Assembly: GCA_964016885.1 (NCBI GenBank)
Contig: CAXHJY010001477.1
Location: forward strand, 620,001 to 684,000
Reading direction: 5' to 3'
Source of the DNA: Eledone cirrhosa
Taxonomy: Eukaryota
Length of the DNA stretch: 64,000 nucleotides
Shown here: in pieces, positions 7,801 through 23,100 of the stretch
Position numbering within the stretch: position 1 is the first letter of the stretch
How the letters are laid out: each line of letters starts with the position of its first letter
Translations under genes and position numbers: made by a program
Notes under the pieces: model-generated
What the model was told of the DNA's origin: nothing
The model's input: only the letters and a program-made list of their open reading frames with translations
The model's database searches: none

Positions 7801-10800
7801 CATGCTATTGAAGGTGAGGAAGAGACACTACCTCCAACTTAGATGACAGAAGGACCTGCTATTGAAGGTGAGGAAGAGACACTACCTCCAACTTAGATGA
7901 CAGAAGGACCTGATATTGAAGTTGAGGAAGAGACACTACCTCCAACTTAGATGACAGAAGGACCTGCTATTGAAGTTGAGGAAGAGACACTACCTCCAAC
8001 TTAGATGACAGAAGGACCTGCTATTGTAGTTGCGGAAGAGACACTACCTCCAACTTAGATGACAGAAGAACTATTGAAGTTGAGGAAGACACACTACCTC
8101 CAACTTAGATGACAGAAGGACCTGCTATTGTAGTTGAGGAAGAGACACTACCTCCAACTTAGATGACAGAAGGACCTGCTATTGTAGTTGAGGAAGAGAC
8201 ACTACTTCCAACTTAGATGACAGAAGGACCTGCAATTGAAGTTGAGGAAGAGACACTACCTCCAACTTAGATGACAGAAGGACTATTGAAGTTGAGGAAG
8301 AGACACTACCTCCAACTTAGATGACAGAAGGACCTGCTATTGAAGTTGAGGAAGAGACACTACCTCCAACTTAGATGACAGAAGGATCTGCTATTGTAGT
8401 TGAGGAAGAGACACTACCTCCAACTTAGATGACAGAAGGACTATTGAAGTTGAGGAAGAGACACTACCTCCAACTTAGATGTCAGAAGGACCTGCTATTG
8501 AAGTTGAGGAAGAGACACTACCTCCAACTTAGATGACAGAAGGACCTGCTATTGAAGGTGAGGAAGAGACACTACCTCCAACTTAGATGACAGAAGGACC
8601 TGCTATTGTAGTTGAGGAAGAGACACTACCTCCAACTTAGATGACAGAAGGACCTGCTATTGTAGTTGAGGAAGAGACACTACCTCCAACTTAGATGACA
8701 GAAGGACCTGCAATTGAAGTTGAGGAAGAGACACTACCTCCAACTTAGATGACAGAAGGACTATTGAAGTTGAGGAAGAGACACTACCTCCAACTTAGAT
8801 GACAGAAGGACCTGCTATTGAAGTTGAGGAAGAGACACTACCTCCAACTTAGATGACAGAAGGACCTGCTATTGTAGTTGAGGAAGAGACACTACCTCCA
8901 ACTTAGATGACAGAAGGACTATTGAAGTTGAGGAAGAGACACTACCTCCAACTTAGATGACAGAAGGACCTGCTATTGAAGTTGAGGAAGAGACACTACC
9001 TCCAACTTAGATGACAGAAGGACCTGCTATTGAAGGTGAGGAAGAGACACTACCTCCAACTTAGATGACAGAAGGACCTGCTATTGTAGTTGAGGAAGAG
9101 ACACTACCTCCAACTTAGATGACAGAAAGACCTGCTATTGTAGGTGAGGAAGAGACACTACCTCCAACTTAGATGACAGAAGGACCTGCTATTGAAGTTG
9201 AGGAAGAGACACTACCTCCAACTTAGATGACAGAAGGACCTGCTATTGTAGTTGAGGAAGAGACACTACCTACAACTTAGATGACAGAAGGACCTGCTAT
9301 TGAAGTTGAGAAAGAGACACTACCTCCAACTTAGATGACAGAAGGACCTGCTATTGTAGTTGAGGAAGAGACACTACCTACAACTTAGATGACAGAAGGA
9401 CCTGCTATTGAAGTTGAGAAAGAGACACTACCTCCAACTTAGATGACAGAAGGACCTGCTATTGAAGTTGAGGAAGAGACACTACCTCCAACTTAGATGA
9501 CAGAAGGAGCTGCTATTGAAGTTGAGAAAGAGACACTACCTCCAACTTAGATGACAGAAGGACCTGCTATTGAAGTTGAGGAAGAGACACTACCTCCAAC
9601 TTAGATGACAGAAGGACCTGCTACTGTAGTTGAGGAAGAGACACTACCTCCAACTTAGATGACAGAAGGACTATTGAAGTTGAGGAAGAGACACTACCTC
9701 CAACTTAGATGACAGAAGGACCTGCTATTGTAGTTGAGGAAGAGACACTACCTCCAACTTAGATGACAGAAGGACCTGCTATTGTAGTTGAGGAAGAGAC
9801 ACTATCTCCAACTTAGAAGACAGAAGGACCTGCTATCGTAGTTGAGGAAGAGACACTACCTCCAACTTAGATGACAGAAGGACCTGCTAATGAAGTTGAG
9901 GAAGAGACACTACCTCTAACTTAGATGACAGAAGGACCTGCTATTGAAGTTGAGGAAGAGACACTACCTCCAACTTAGATAACAGAAGGACCTGCTATTG
10001 AAGTTGAGGAAGAGACACTACATCCAACTTAGATAACAGAAGGACCTGCTATTGAAGTTGAGGAAGAGACACTACCTACAACTTAGATGACAGAAGGACC
10101 TGCTGTTGAAGTTGAGGAAGAGACACTACCTCCAACTTAGATGACAGAAGGACTATTGAAGTTGAGGAAGAGACACTACCTCCAACTTAGATGACAGAAG
10201 GACCTGCTATTGAAGTTGAGGAAGAGACACTACCTCCAACTTAGATGACAGAAGGACATGCTATTGAAGGTGAGGAAGAGACACTACCTCCAACTTAGAT
10301 GACAGAAGGACCTGCTATTGAAGGTGAGGAAGAGACACTACCTCCAACTTAGATGACAGAAGGACCTGATATTGAAGTTGAGGAAGAGACACTACCTCCA
10401 ACTTAGATGACAGAAGGACCTGCTATTGAAGTTGAGGAAGAGACACTACCTCCAACTTAGATGACAGAAGGACCTGCTATTGTAGTTGCGGAAGAGACAC
10501 TACCTCCAACTTAGATGACAGAAGAACTATTGAAGTTGAGGAAGAGACACTACCTCCAACTTAGATGACAGAAGGACCTGCTATTATAGTTGAGGAAGAG
10601 ACACTACCTCCAACTTAGATGACAGAAGGACCTGCTATTGTAGTTGAGGAAGAGACACTACTTCCAACTTAGATGACAGAAGGACCTGCAATTGAAGTTG
10701 AGGAAGAGACACTACCTCCAACTTAGATGACAGAAGGACTATTGAAGTTGAGGAAGAGACACTACCTCCAACTTAGATGACAGAAGGACCTGCTATTGAA

Positions 10801-13800
10801 GTTGAGGAAGAGACACTACCTCCAACTTAGATGACAGAAGGACATGCTATTGAAGGTGAGGAAGAGACACTACCTCCAACTTAGATGACAGAAGGACCTG
10901 CTATTGAAGGTGAGGAAGAGACACTACCTCCAACTTAGATGACAGAAGGACCTGATATTGAAGTTGAGGAAGAGACACTACCTCCAACTTAGATGACAGA
11001 AGGACCTGCTATTGAAGTTGAGGAAGAGACACTACCTCCAACTTAGATGACAGAAGGACCTGCGATTGTAGTTGAGGAAGAGACACTACCTCCAACTTAG
11101 ATGACAGAAGGACTATTGAACTTGAGGAAGAGACACTACCTCTAACTTAGATGACAGAAGGACCTGCTATTGAAGTTGAGGAAGAGACACTACCTCCAAC
11201 TTAGATGACAGAAGGACCTGCTATTGAAGTTGAGGAAGAGACACTACCTCCAACTTAGATGACAGAAGGACTATTGAAGGTGAAGAAGAGACACTACCTC
11301 CAACTTAGATGACAGAAGGACCTGCTATTGAAGTTGAGGAAGAGACACTACCTCCAACTTAGATGACAGAAGGACCTGCTATTGTAGTTGAGGAAGAGAC
11401 ACTACCTCCAACTTAGATGACAGAAGGACTATTGAAGTTGAGGAAGAGACACTACCTCCAACTTAGATGACAGAAGGACCTGCTATTGTAGTTGAGGAAG
11501 AGACACTACCTCCAACTTAGATGACAGAAGGACCTGCTATTGTAGTTGCGGAAGAGACACTACCTCCAACTTAGATGACAGAAGGACTATTGAAGTTGAG
11601 TAAGAGACACTACCTCCAACTTAGATGACAGAAGGACCTGCTATTGTAGTTGAGGAAGAGACACTACCTCCAACTTAGATGACAGAAGGACCTGCTATTG
11701 TAGTTGAGGAAGAGACACTACCTCCAACTTAGATGACAGAAGGACCTGCAATTGAAGTTGAGGAAGAGACACTACCTCCAACTTAGATGACAGAAGGACT
11801 ATTGAAGTTGAGGAAGAGACACTACCTCCAACTTAGATGACAGAAGGACCTGCTATTGAAGTTGAGGAAGAGACACTACCTCCAACTTAGATGACAGAAG
11901 GACCTGCTATTGTAGTTGAGGAAGAGACACTACCTCCAACTTAGATGACAGAAGGACTATTGAAGTTGAGGAAGAGACACTACCTCCAACTTAGATGACA
12001 GAAGGACCTGCTATTGAAGTTGAGGAAGAGACACTACCTCCAACTTAGATGACAGAAGGACCTGCTATTGTAGTTGAGGAAGAGACACTACCTCCAACTT
12101 AGATGACAGAAAGACCTGCTATTGTAGGTGAGGAAGAGACACTACCTCCAACTTAGATGACAGAAGGACCTGCTATTGAAGTTGAGGAAGAGACACTACC
12201 TCCAACTCAGATGACAGAAGGACCTGCTATTGTAGTTGAGGAAGAGACACTACCTACAACTTAGATGACAGAAGGACCTGCTATTGAAGTTGAGAAAGAG
12301 ACACTACCTCCAACTTAGATGACAGAAGGACCTGCTATTGTAGTTGAGGAAGAGACACTACCTACAACTTAGATGACAGAAGGACCTGCTATTGAAGTTG
12401 AGAAAGAGACACTACCTCCAACTTAGATGACAGAAGGACCTGCTATTGAAGTTGAGGAAGAGACACTACCTCCAACTTAGATGACAGAAGGACCTGCTAT
12501 TGAAGTTGAGAAAGAGACACTACCTCCAACTTAGATGACAGAAGGACCTGCTATTGAAGTTGAGGAAGAGACACTACCTCCAACTTAGATGACAGAAGGA
12601 CCTGCTACTGTAGTTGAGGAAGAGACACTACCTCCAACTTAGATGACAGAAGGACTATTGAAGTTGAGGAAGAGACACTACCTCCAACTTAGATGACAGA
12701 AGGACCTGCTATTGTAGTTGAGGAAGAGACACTACCTCCAACTTAGATGACAGAAGGACCTGCTATTGTAGTTGAGGAAGAGACACTATCTCCAACTTAG
12801 ATGACAGAAGGACCTGCTATCGTAGTTGAGGAAGAGACACTACCTCCAACTTAGATGACAGAAGGACCTGCTATTGAAGTTGAGGAAGAGACACTACCTC
12901 TAACTTAGATGACAGAAGGACCTGCTATTGAAGTTGAGGAAGAGACACTACCTCCAACTTAGATAACAGAAGGACCTGCTATTGAAGTTGAGGAAGAGAC
13001 ACTACATCCAACTTAGATAACAGAAGGACCTGCTATTGAAGTTGAGGAAGAGACACTACCTACAACTTAGATGACAGAAGGACCTGCTGTTGAAGTTGAG
13101 GAAGAGACACTACCTCCAACTTAGATGACAGAAGGACCTGCTATTGAAGTTGAGGAAAAGACACTACCTCCAACTTAGATGACAGAAGGACCTGCTATTG
13201 AAGTTGAGGAAGAGACACTACCTCCAACTTAGATGACAGAAGGACTATTGAAGTTGAGGAAGAGACACTACCTCCAACTTAGATGACAGAAGGACCTGCT
13301 ATTGAAGTTGAGGAAGAGACACTACCTCCAACTTAGATGACAGAAGGACATGCTATTGAAGGTGAGGAAGAGACACTACCTCCAACTTAGATGACAGAAG
13401 GACCTGCTATTGAAGGTGAGGAAGAGACACTACCTCCAACTTAGATGACAGAAGGACCTGATATTGAAGTTGAGGAAGAGACACTACCTCCAACTTAGAT
13501 GACAGAAGGACCTGCTATTGAAGTTGAGGAAGAGACACTACCTCCAACTTAGATGACAGAAGGACCTGCTATTGTAGTTGCGGAAGAGACACTACCTCCA
13601 ACTTAGATGACAGAAGAACTATTGAAGTTGAGGAAGAGACACTACCTCCAACTTAGATGACAGAAGGACCTGCTATTATAGTTGAGGAAGAGACACTACC
13701 TCCAACTTAGATGACAGAAGGACCTGCTATTGTAGTTGAGGAAGAGACACTACTTCCAACTTAGATGACAGAAGGACCTGCAATTGAAGTTGAGGAAGAG

Positions 13801-16800
13801 ACACTACCTCCAACTTAGATGACAGAAGGACTATTGAAGTTGAGGAAGAGACACGACCTCCAACTTAGATGACAGAAGGACCTGCTATTGAAGTTGAGGA
13901 AGAGACACTACCTCCAACTTAGATGACAGAAGGACATGCTATTGAAGGTGAGGAAGAGACACTACCTCCAACTTAGATGACAGAAGGACCTGCTATTGAA
14001 GGTGAGGAAGAGACACTACCTCCAACTTAGATGACAGAAGGACCTGATATTGAAGTTGAGGAAGAGACACTACCTCCAACTTAGATGACAGAAGGACCTG
14101 CTATTGAAGTTGAGGAAGAGACACTACCTCCAACTTAGATGACAGAAGGACCTGCTATTGTAGTTGCGGAAGAGACACTACCTCCAACTTAGATGACAGA
14201 AGAACTATTGAAGTTGAGGAAGACACACTACCTCCAACTTAGATGACAGAAGGACCTGCTATTGTAGTTGAGGAAGAGACACTACCTCCAACTTAGATGA
14301 CAGAAGGACCTGCTATTGTAGTTGAGGAAGAGACACTACTTCCAACTTAGATGACAGAAGGACCTGCAATTGAAGTTGAGGAAGAGACACTACCTCCAAC
14401 TTAGATGACAGAAGGACTATTGAAGTTGAGGAAGAGACACTACCTCCAACTTAGATGACAGAAGGACCTGCTATTGAAGTTGAGGAAGAGACACTACCTC
14501 CAACTTAGATGACAGAAGGATCTGCTATTGTAGTTGAGGAAGAGACACTACCTCCAACTTAGATGACAGAAGGACTATTGAAGTTGAGGAAGAGACACTA
14601 CCTCCAACTTAGATGTCAGAAGGACCTGCTATTGAAGTTGAGGAAGAGACACTACCTCCAACTTAGATGACAGAAGGACCTGCTATTGAAGGTGAGGAAG
14701 AGACACTACCTCCAACTTAGATGACAGAAGGACCTGCTATTGTAGTTGAGGAAGAGACACTACCTCCAACTTAGATGACAGAAGGACCTGCTATTGTAGT
14801 TGAGGAAGAGACACTACCTCCAACTTAGATGACAGAAGGACCTGCAATTGAAGTTGAGGAAGAGACACTACCTCCAACTTAGATGACAGAAGGACTATTG
14901 AAGTTGAGGAAGAGACACTACCTCCAACTTAGATGACAGAAGGACCTGCTATTGAAGTTGAGGAAGAGACACTACCTCCAACTTAGATGACAGAAGGACC
15001 TGCTATTGTAGTTGAGGAAGAGACACTACCTCCAACTTAGATGACAGAAGGACTATTGAAGTTGAGGAAGAGACACTACCTCCAACTTAGATGACAGAAG
15101 GACCTGCTATTGAAGTTGAGGAAGAGACACTACCTCCAACTTAGATGACAGAAGGACCTGCTATTGAAGGTGAGGAAGAGACACTACCTCCAACTTAGAT
15201 GACAGAAGGACCTGCTATTGTAGTTGAGGAAGAGACACTACCTCCAACTTAGATGACAGAAAGACCTGCTATTGTAGGTGAGGAAGAGACACTACCTCCA
15301 ACTTAGATGACAGAAGGACCTGCTATTGAAGTTGAGGAAGAGACACTACCTCCAACTTAGATGACAGAAGGACCTGCTATTGTAGTTGAGGAAGAGACAC
15401 TACCTACAACTTAGATGACAGAAGGACCTGCTATTGAAGTTGAGAAAGAGACACTACCTCCAACTTAGATGACAGAAGGACCTGCTATTGTAGTTGAGGA
15501 AGAGACACTACCTACAACTTAGATGACAGAAGGACCTGCTATTGAAGTTGAGAAAGAGACACTACCTCCAACTTAGATGACAGAAGGACCTGCTATTGAA
15601 GTTGAGGAAGAGACACTACCTCCAACTTAGATGACAGAAGGAGCTGCTATTGAAGTTGAGAAAGAGACACTACCTCCAACTTAGATGACAGAAGGACCTG
15701 CTATTGAAGTTGAGGAAGAGACACTACCTCCAACTTAGATGACAGAAGGACCTGCTACTGTAGTTGAGGAAGAGACACTACCTCCAACTTAGATGACAGA
15801 AGGACTATTGAAGTTGAGGAAGAGACACTACCTCCAACTTAGATGACAGAAGGACCTGCTATTGTAGTTGAGGAAGAGACACTACCTCCAACTTAGATGA
15901 CAGAAGGACCTGCTATTGTAGTTGAGGAAGAGACACTATCTCCAACTTAGAAGACAGAAGGACCTGCTATCGTAGTTGAGGAAGAGACACTACCTCCAAC
16001 TTAGATGACAGAAGGACCTGCTAATGAAGTTGAGGAAGAGACACTACCTCTAACTTAGATGACAGAAGGACCTGCTATTGAAGTTGAGGAAGAGACACTA
16101 CCTCCAACTTAGATAACAGAAGGACCTGCTATTGAAGTTGAGGAAGAGACACTACATCCAACTTAGATAACAGAAGGACCTGCTATTGAAGTTGAGGAAG
16201 AGACACTACCTACAACTTAGATGACAGAAGGACCTGCTGTTGAAGTTGAGGAAGAGACACTACCTCCAACTTAGATGACAGAAGGACTATTGAAGTTGAG
16301 GAAGAGACACTACCTCCAACTTAGATGACAGAAGGACCTGCTATTGAAGTTGAGGAAGAGACACTACCTCCAACTTAGATGACAGAAGGACATGCTATTG
16401 AAGGTGAGGAAGAGACACTACCTCCAACTTAGATGACAGAAGGACCTGCTATTGAAGGTGAGGAAGAGACACTACCTCCAACTTAGATGACAGAAGGACC
16501 TGATATTGAAGTTGAGGAAGAGACACTACCTCCAACTTAGATGACAGAAGGACCTGCTATTGAAGTTGAGGAAGAGACACTACCTCCAACTTAGATGACA
16601 GAAGGACCTGCTATTGTAGTTGCGGAAGAGACACTACCTCCAACTTAGATGACAGAAGAACTATTGAAGTTGAGGAAGAGACACTACCTCCAACTTAGAT
16701 GACAGAAGGACCTGCTATTATAGTTGAGGAAGAGACACTACCTCCAACTTAGATGACAGAAGGACCTGCTATTGTAGTTGAGGAAGAGACACTACTTCCA

Positions 16801-17197
16801 ACTTAGATGACAGAAGGACCTGCAATTGAAGTTGAGGAAGAGACACTACCTCCAACTTAGATGACAGAAGGACTATTGAAGTTGAGGAAGAGACACTACC
16901 TCCAACTTAGATGACAGAAGGACCTGCTATTGAAGTTGAGGAAGAGACACTACCTCCAACTTAGATGACAGAAGGACATGCTATTGAAGGTGAGGAAGAG
17001 ACACTACCTCCAACTTAGATGACAGAAGGACCTGCTATTGAAGGTGAGGAAGAGACACTACCTCCAACTTAGATGACAGAAGGACCTGATATTGAAGTTG
17101 AGGAAGAGACACTACCTCCAACTTAGATGACAGAAGGACCTGCTATTGAAGTTGAGGAAGAGACACTACCTCCAACTTAGATGACAGAAGGACCTGC
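4828..17197 (+). repeat. 6,134-bp tandem duplication (115 monomers: 96 long + 19 short) within the satellite
   Basis: Rare variants recur at exactly +6134: 4930/11064, 5141/11275, 5467/11601, 6071/12205, 7721/13855, 8090/14224, 9509/15643 and 9818/15952. I counted 19 short monomers, which agrees with 115x54-19x4=6134. Confidence 0.92.
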
Positions 17198-20100
17198 TAT
17201 TGTAGTTGCGGAAGAGACACTACCTCCAACTTAGATGACAGAAGAACTATTGAAGTTGAGGAAGAGACACTACCTCCAACTTAGATGACAGAAGGACCTG
17301 CTATTGTAGTTGAGGAAGAGACACTACCTCCAACTTAGATGACAGAAGGACCTGCTATTGTAGTTGAGGAAGAGACACTACTTCCAACTTAGATGACAGA
17401 AGGACCTGCAATTGAAGTTGAGGAAGAGACACTACCTCCAACTTAGATGACAGAAGGACTATTGAAGTTGAGGAAGAGACACTACCTCCAACTTAGATGA
17501 CAGAAGGACCTGCTATTGAAGTTGAGGAAGAGACACTACCTCCAACTTAGATGACAGAAGGATCTGCTATTGTAGTTGAGGAAGAGACACTACCTCCAAC
17601 TTAGATGACAGAAGGACTATTGAAGTTGAGGAAGAGACACTACCTCCAACTTAGATGTCAGAAGGACCTGCTATTGAAGTTGAGGAAGAGACACTACCTC
17701 CAACTTAGATGACAGAAGGACCTGCTATTGAAGGTGAGGAAGAGACACTACCTCCAACTTAGATGACAGAAGGACCTGCTATTGTAGTTGAGGAAGAGAC
17801 ACTACCTCCAACTTAGATGACAGAAAGACCTGCTATTGTAGGTGAGGAAGAGACACTACCTCCAACTTAGATGACAGAAGGACCTGCTATTGAAGTTGAG
17901 AAAGAGACACTACCTCCAACTTAGATGACAGAAGGACCGGGCTATTGAAGTTGAGGAAGAGACACTACCTCCAACTTAGATGACAGAAGGACCTGCTACT
18001 GTAGTTGAGGAAGAGACACTACCTCCAACTTAGATGACAGAAGGACTATTGAAGTTGAGGAAGAGACACTACCTCCAACTTAGATGACAGAAGGACCTGC
18101 TATTGTAGTTGAGGAAGAGACACTACCTCCAACTTAGATGACAGAAGGACCTGCTATTGTAGTTGAGGAAGAGACACTATCTCCAACTTAGATGACAGAA
18201 GGACCTGCTATCGTAGTTGAGGAAGAGACACTACCTCCAACTTAGATGACAGAAGGACCTGCTATTGAAGTTGAGGAAGAGACACTACCTCTAACTTAGA
18301 TGACAGAAGGACCGGCTATTGAAGTTGAGGAAGAGACACTACCTCCAACTTAGATAACAGAAGGACCTGCTATTGAAGTTGAGGAAGAGACACTACCTCC
18401 AACTTAGATGACAGAAGGACCTGCTATTGAAGTTGAGGAAGAGACACTACCTCCAACTTAGATGACAGAAGGACTATTGCAGTTGAGGAAGAGACACTAC
18501 CTCCAACTTAGATGACAGAAGGACCTGCTATTGAAGTTGAGGAAGAGACACTACCTCCAACTTAGATGACAGAAGGACCTGCTATTGAAGTTGAGGAAGA
18601 GACACTACCTCCAACTTAGATGACAGAAGGACCTGCTATTGAAGTTGCGGAAGAGACACTACCTCCAACTTAGATGACAGAAGGACCTGCTATTGAAGTT
18701 GAGGAAGAGCCACTACCTCCAACTTAGATGACAGAAGGACCTGCTATTGTAGTTGCGGAAGAGACACTACCTCCAACATAGATGACAGAAGGACTATTGA
18801 AGTTGAGGAAGAGACACTACCTCCAACTTAGATGACAGAAGGACCTGCTATTGTAATTGAGGAAGAGACACTACCTCCAACTTAGATGACAGAAGGACCT
18901 GCTATTGAAGTTGAGGAAGAGACACTACCTACAACTTAGATGACAGAAGGACCTGCTATTGAAGTTGAGGAAGAGACACTACCTCCAACTTAGATGACAG
19001 AAGGACCTGCTATTGTAGTTGCGGAAGAGACACTACCTCCAACTTAGATGACAGAAGGACTATTGAAGTTGAGGAAGAGACACTACCTCCAACTTAGATG
19101 ACAGAAGGACCTGCTATTGTAGTTGAGGAAGAGACACTACCTCCAACTTAGATGACAGAAGGACCTGCTATTGTAGTTGAGGAAGAGACACTACCTCCAA
19201 CTTAGATGACAGAAGGACTATTGAAGTTGAGGAAGAGACACTACCTCCAACTTAGATGACAGAAGGACCTGCTATTGAAGTTGAGGAAGAGACACTACCT
19301 CCAACTTAGATGACAGAAGGGCCTGCTATTGTAGTTGAGGAAGAGACACTACCTCCAACTTAGATGACAGAAGGACTATTGAAGTTGAGGAAGAGACACT
19401 ACCTCCAACTTAGATGACAGAAGGAACTGCTATTGAAGGTGAGGAAGAGACACTACCTCCAACTTAGATGACACAAGGACCTGCTATTGTAGTTGAGGAA
19501 GAGACACTACCTCCAACTTAGATGACAGAAAGACCTGCTATTGTAGTTGAGGAAGAGACACTACCTCCAACTTAGATGACAGAAGGACCTGCTATTGAAG
19601 TTGAGAAAGAGACACTACCTCCAACTTAGATGACAGAAGGACCTGCTATTGAAGTTGAGGAAGAGACACTACCTCCAACTTAGATGACAGAAGGACCTGC
19701 TACTGTAGTTGAGGAAGAGACACTACCTCCAACTTAGATGACAGAAGGACTATTGAAGTTGAGGAAGAGACACTACCTCCAACTTAGATTACAGAAGGAC
19801 CTTCTATTGAAGTTGAGGAAGAGACACTACCTCCAACTTAGATGACAGAAGGACCTGCTATTGTAGTTGAGGAAGAGACACTATCTCCAACTTAGATGAC
19901 AGAAGGACCTGCTATCGTAGTTGAGGAAGAGACACTACCTCCAACTTAGATGACAGAAGGACCTGCTATTGAAGTTGAGGAAGAGACACTACCTCCAACT
20001 TAGATAACAGAAGGACCTGCTATTGAAGTTGAGGAAGAGACACTACATCCAACTTAGATGACAGAAGGACCTGCTATTGAAGTTGAGGAAGAGACACTAT

Positions 20101-23100
20101 CTACAACTTAGATGACAGAAGGACCTGCTGTTGAAGTTGAGGAAGAGACACTACCTCCAACTTAGATGACAGAAGGACCTGCTATTGAAGTTGAGGAAAA
20201 GACACTACCTCCAACTTAGATGACAGAAGGACCTGCTATTGAAGTTGAGGAAGAGACACTACCTCCAACTTAGATGACAGAAGGACTATTGAAGTTGAGG
20301 AAGAGACACTACCTCCAACTTAGATGACAGAAGGACCTGCTATTGTAGTTGAGGAAGAGACACTACCTCCAACTTAGATGACAGAAGGACATGCTATTGA
20401 AGGTGAGGAAGAGACACTACCTCCAACTTAGATGACAGAAGGACCTGCTATTGTAGTTGAGGAAGAGACACTACCTCCAACTTAGATGACAGAAAGACCT
20501 GCTATTGTAGGTGAGGAAGAGACACTACCTCCAACTTAGATGACAGAAGGACCTGCTATTGAAGTTGAGGAAGAGACACTACCTCCAACTTAGATGACAG
20601 AAGGACCTGCTATTGTAGTTGAGGAAGAGACACTACCTACAACTTAGATGACAGAAGGACCTGCTATTGAAGTTGAGAAAGAGACACTACCTCCAACTTA
20701 GATGACAGAAGGACCTGCTATTGTAGTTGAGGAAGAGACACTACCTACAACTTAGATGACAGAAGGACCTGCTATTGAAGTTGAGAAAGAGACACTACCT
20801 CCAACGTAGATGACAGAAGGACCTGCTATTGAAGTTGAGGAAGAGACACTACCTCCAACTTAGATGACAGAAGGACCTGCTATTGAAGTTGAGAAAGAGA
20901 CACTACCTCCAACTTAGATGACAGAAGGACCTGCTATTGAAGTTGAGGAAGAGACACTACCTCCAACTTAGATGACAGAAGGACCTGCTACTGTAGTTGA
21001 GGAAGAGACACTACCTCCAACTTAGATGACAGAAGGACTATTGAAGTTGAGGAAGAGACACTACCTCCAACTTAGATGACAGAAGGACCTGCTATTGTAG
21101 TTGAGGAAGAGACACTACCTCCAACTTAGATGACAGAAGGACCTGCTATTGTAGTTGAGGAAGAGACACTATCTCCAACTTAGATGACAGAAGGACCTGC
21201 TATCGTAGTTGAGGAAGAGACACTACCTCCAACTTAGATGACAGAAGGACCTGCTATTGAAGTTGAGGAAGAGACACTACCTCTAACTTAGATGACAGAA
21301 GGACCTGCTATTGAAGTTGAGGAAGAGACACTACCTCCAACTTAGATAACAGAAGGACCTGCTATTGAAGTTGAGGAAGAGACACTACATCCAACTTAGA
21401 TAACAGAAGGACCTGCTATTGAAGTTGAGGAAGAGACACTACCTACAACTTAGATGACAGAAGGACCTGCTGTTGAAGTTGAGGAAGAGACACTACCTCC
21501 AACTTAGATGACAGAAGGACCTGCTATTGAAGTTGAGGAAAAGACACTACCTCCAACTTAGATGACAGAAGGACCTGCTATTGAAGTTGAGGAAGAGACA
21601 CTACCTCCAACTTAGATGACAGAAGGACTATTGAAGTTGAGGAAGAGACACTACCTCCAACTTAGATGACAGAAGGACCTGCTATTGAAGTTGAGGAAGA
21701 GACACTACCTCCAACTTAGATGACAGAAGGACATGCTATTGAAGGTGAGGAAGAGACACTACCTCCAACTTAGATGACAGAAGGACCTGCTATTGAAGGT
21801 GAGGAAGAGACACTACCTCCAACTTAGATGACAGAAGGACCTGCTATTGAAGTTGAGGAAGAGACACTACCTCCAACTTAGATGACAGAAGGACCTGCTA
21901 TTGTAGTTGCGGAAGAGACACTACCTCCAACTTAGATGACAGAAGAACTATTGAAGTTGAGGAAGAGACACTACCTCCAACTTAGATGACAGAAGGACCT
22001 GCTATTATAGTTGAGGAAGAGACACTACCTCCAACTTAGATGACAGAAGGACCTGCTATTGTAGTTGAGGAAGAGACACTACTTCCAACTTAGATGACAG
22101 AAGGACCTGCAATTGAAGTTGAGGAAGAGACACTACCTCCAACTTAGATGACAGAAGGACTATTGAAGTTGAGGAAGAGACACTACCTCCAACTTAGATG
22201 ACAGAAGGACCTGCTATTGAAGTTGAGGAAGAGACACTACCTCCAACTTAGATGACAGAAGGACATGCTATTGAAGGTGAGGAAGAGACACTACCTCCAA
22301 CTTAGATGACAGAAGGACCTGCTATTGAAGGTGAGGAAGAGACACTACCTACAACTTAGATGACAGAAGGACCTGATATTGAAGTTGAGGAAGAGACACT
22401 ACCTCCAACTTAGATGACAGAAGGACCTGCTATTGAAGTTGAGGAAGAGACACTACCTCCAACTTAGATGACAGAAGGACCTGCTATTGTAGTTGCGGAA
22501 GAGACACTACCTCCAACTTAGATGACAGAAGAACTATTGAAGTTGAGGAAGAGACACTACCTCCAACTTAGATGACAGAAGGACCTGCTATTGTAGTTGA
22601 GGAAGAGACACTACCTCCAACTTAGATGACAGAAGGACCTGCTATTGTAGTTGAGGAAGAGACACTACTTCCAACTTAGATGACAGAAGGACCTGCAATT
22701 GAAGTTGAGGAAGAGACACTACCTCCAACTTAGATGACAGAAGGACTATTGAAGTTGAGGAAGAGACACTACCTCCAACTTAGATGACAGAAGGACCTGC
22801 TATTGAAGTTGAGGAAGAGACACTACCTCCAACTTAGATGACAGAAGGATCTGCTATTGTAGTTGAGGAAGAGACACTACCTCCAACTTAGATGACAGAA
22901 GGACTATTGAAGTTGAGGAAGAGACACTACCTCCAACTTAGATGTCAGAAGGACCTGCTATTGAAGTTGAGGAAGAGACACTACCTCCAACTTAGATGAC
23001 AGAAGGACCTGCTATTGAAGGTGAGGAAGAGACACTACCTCCAACTTAGATGACAGAAGGACCTGCTATTGTAGTTGAGGAAGAGACACTACCTCCAACT

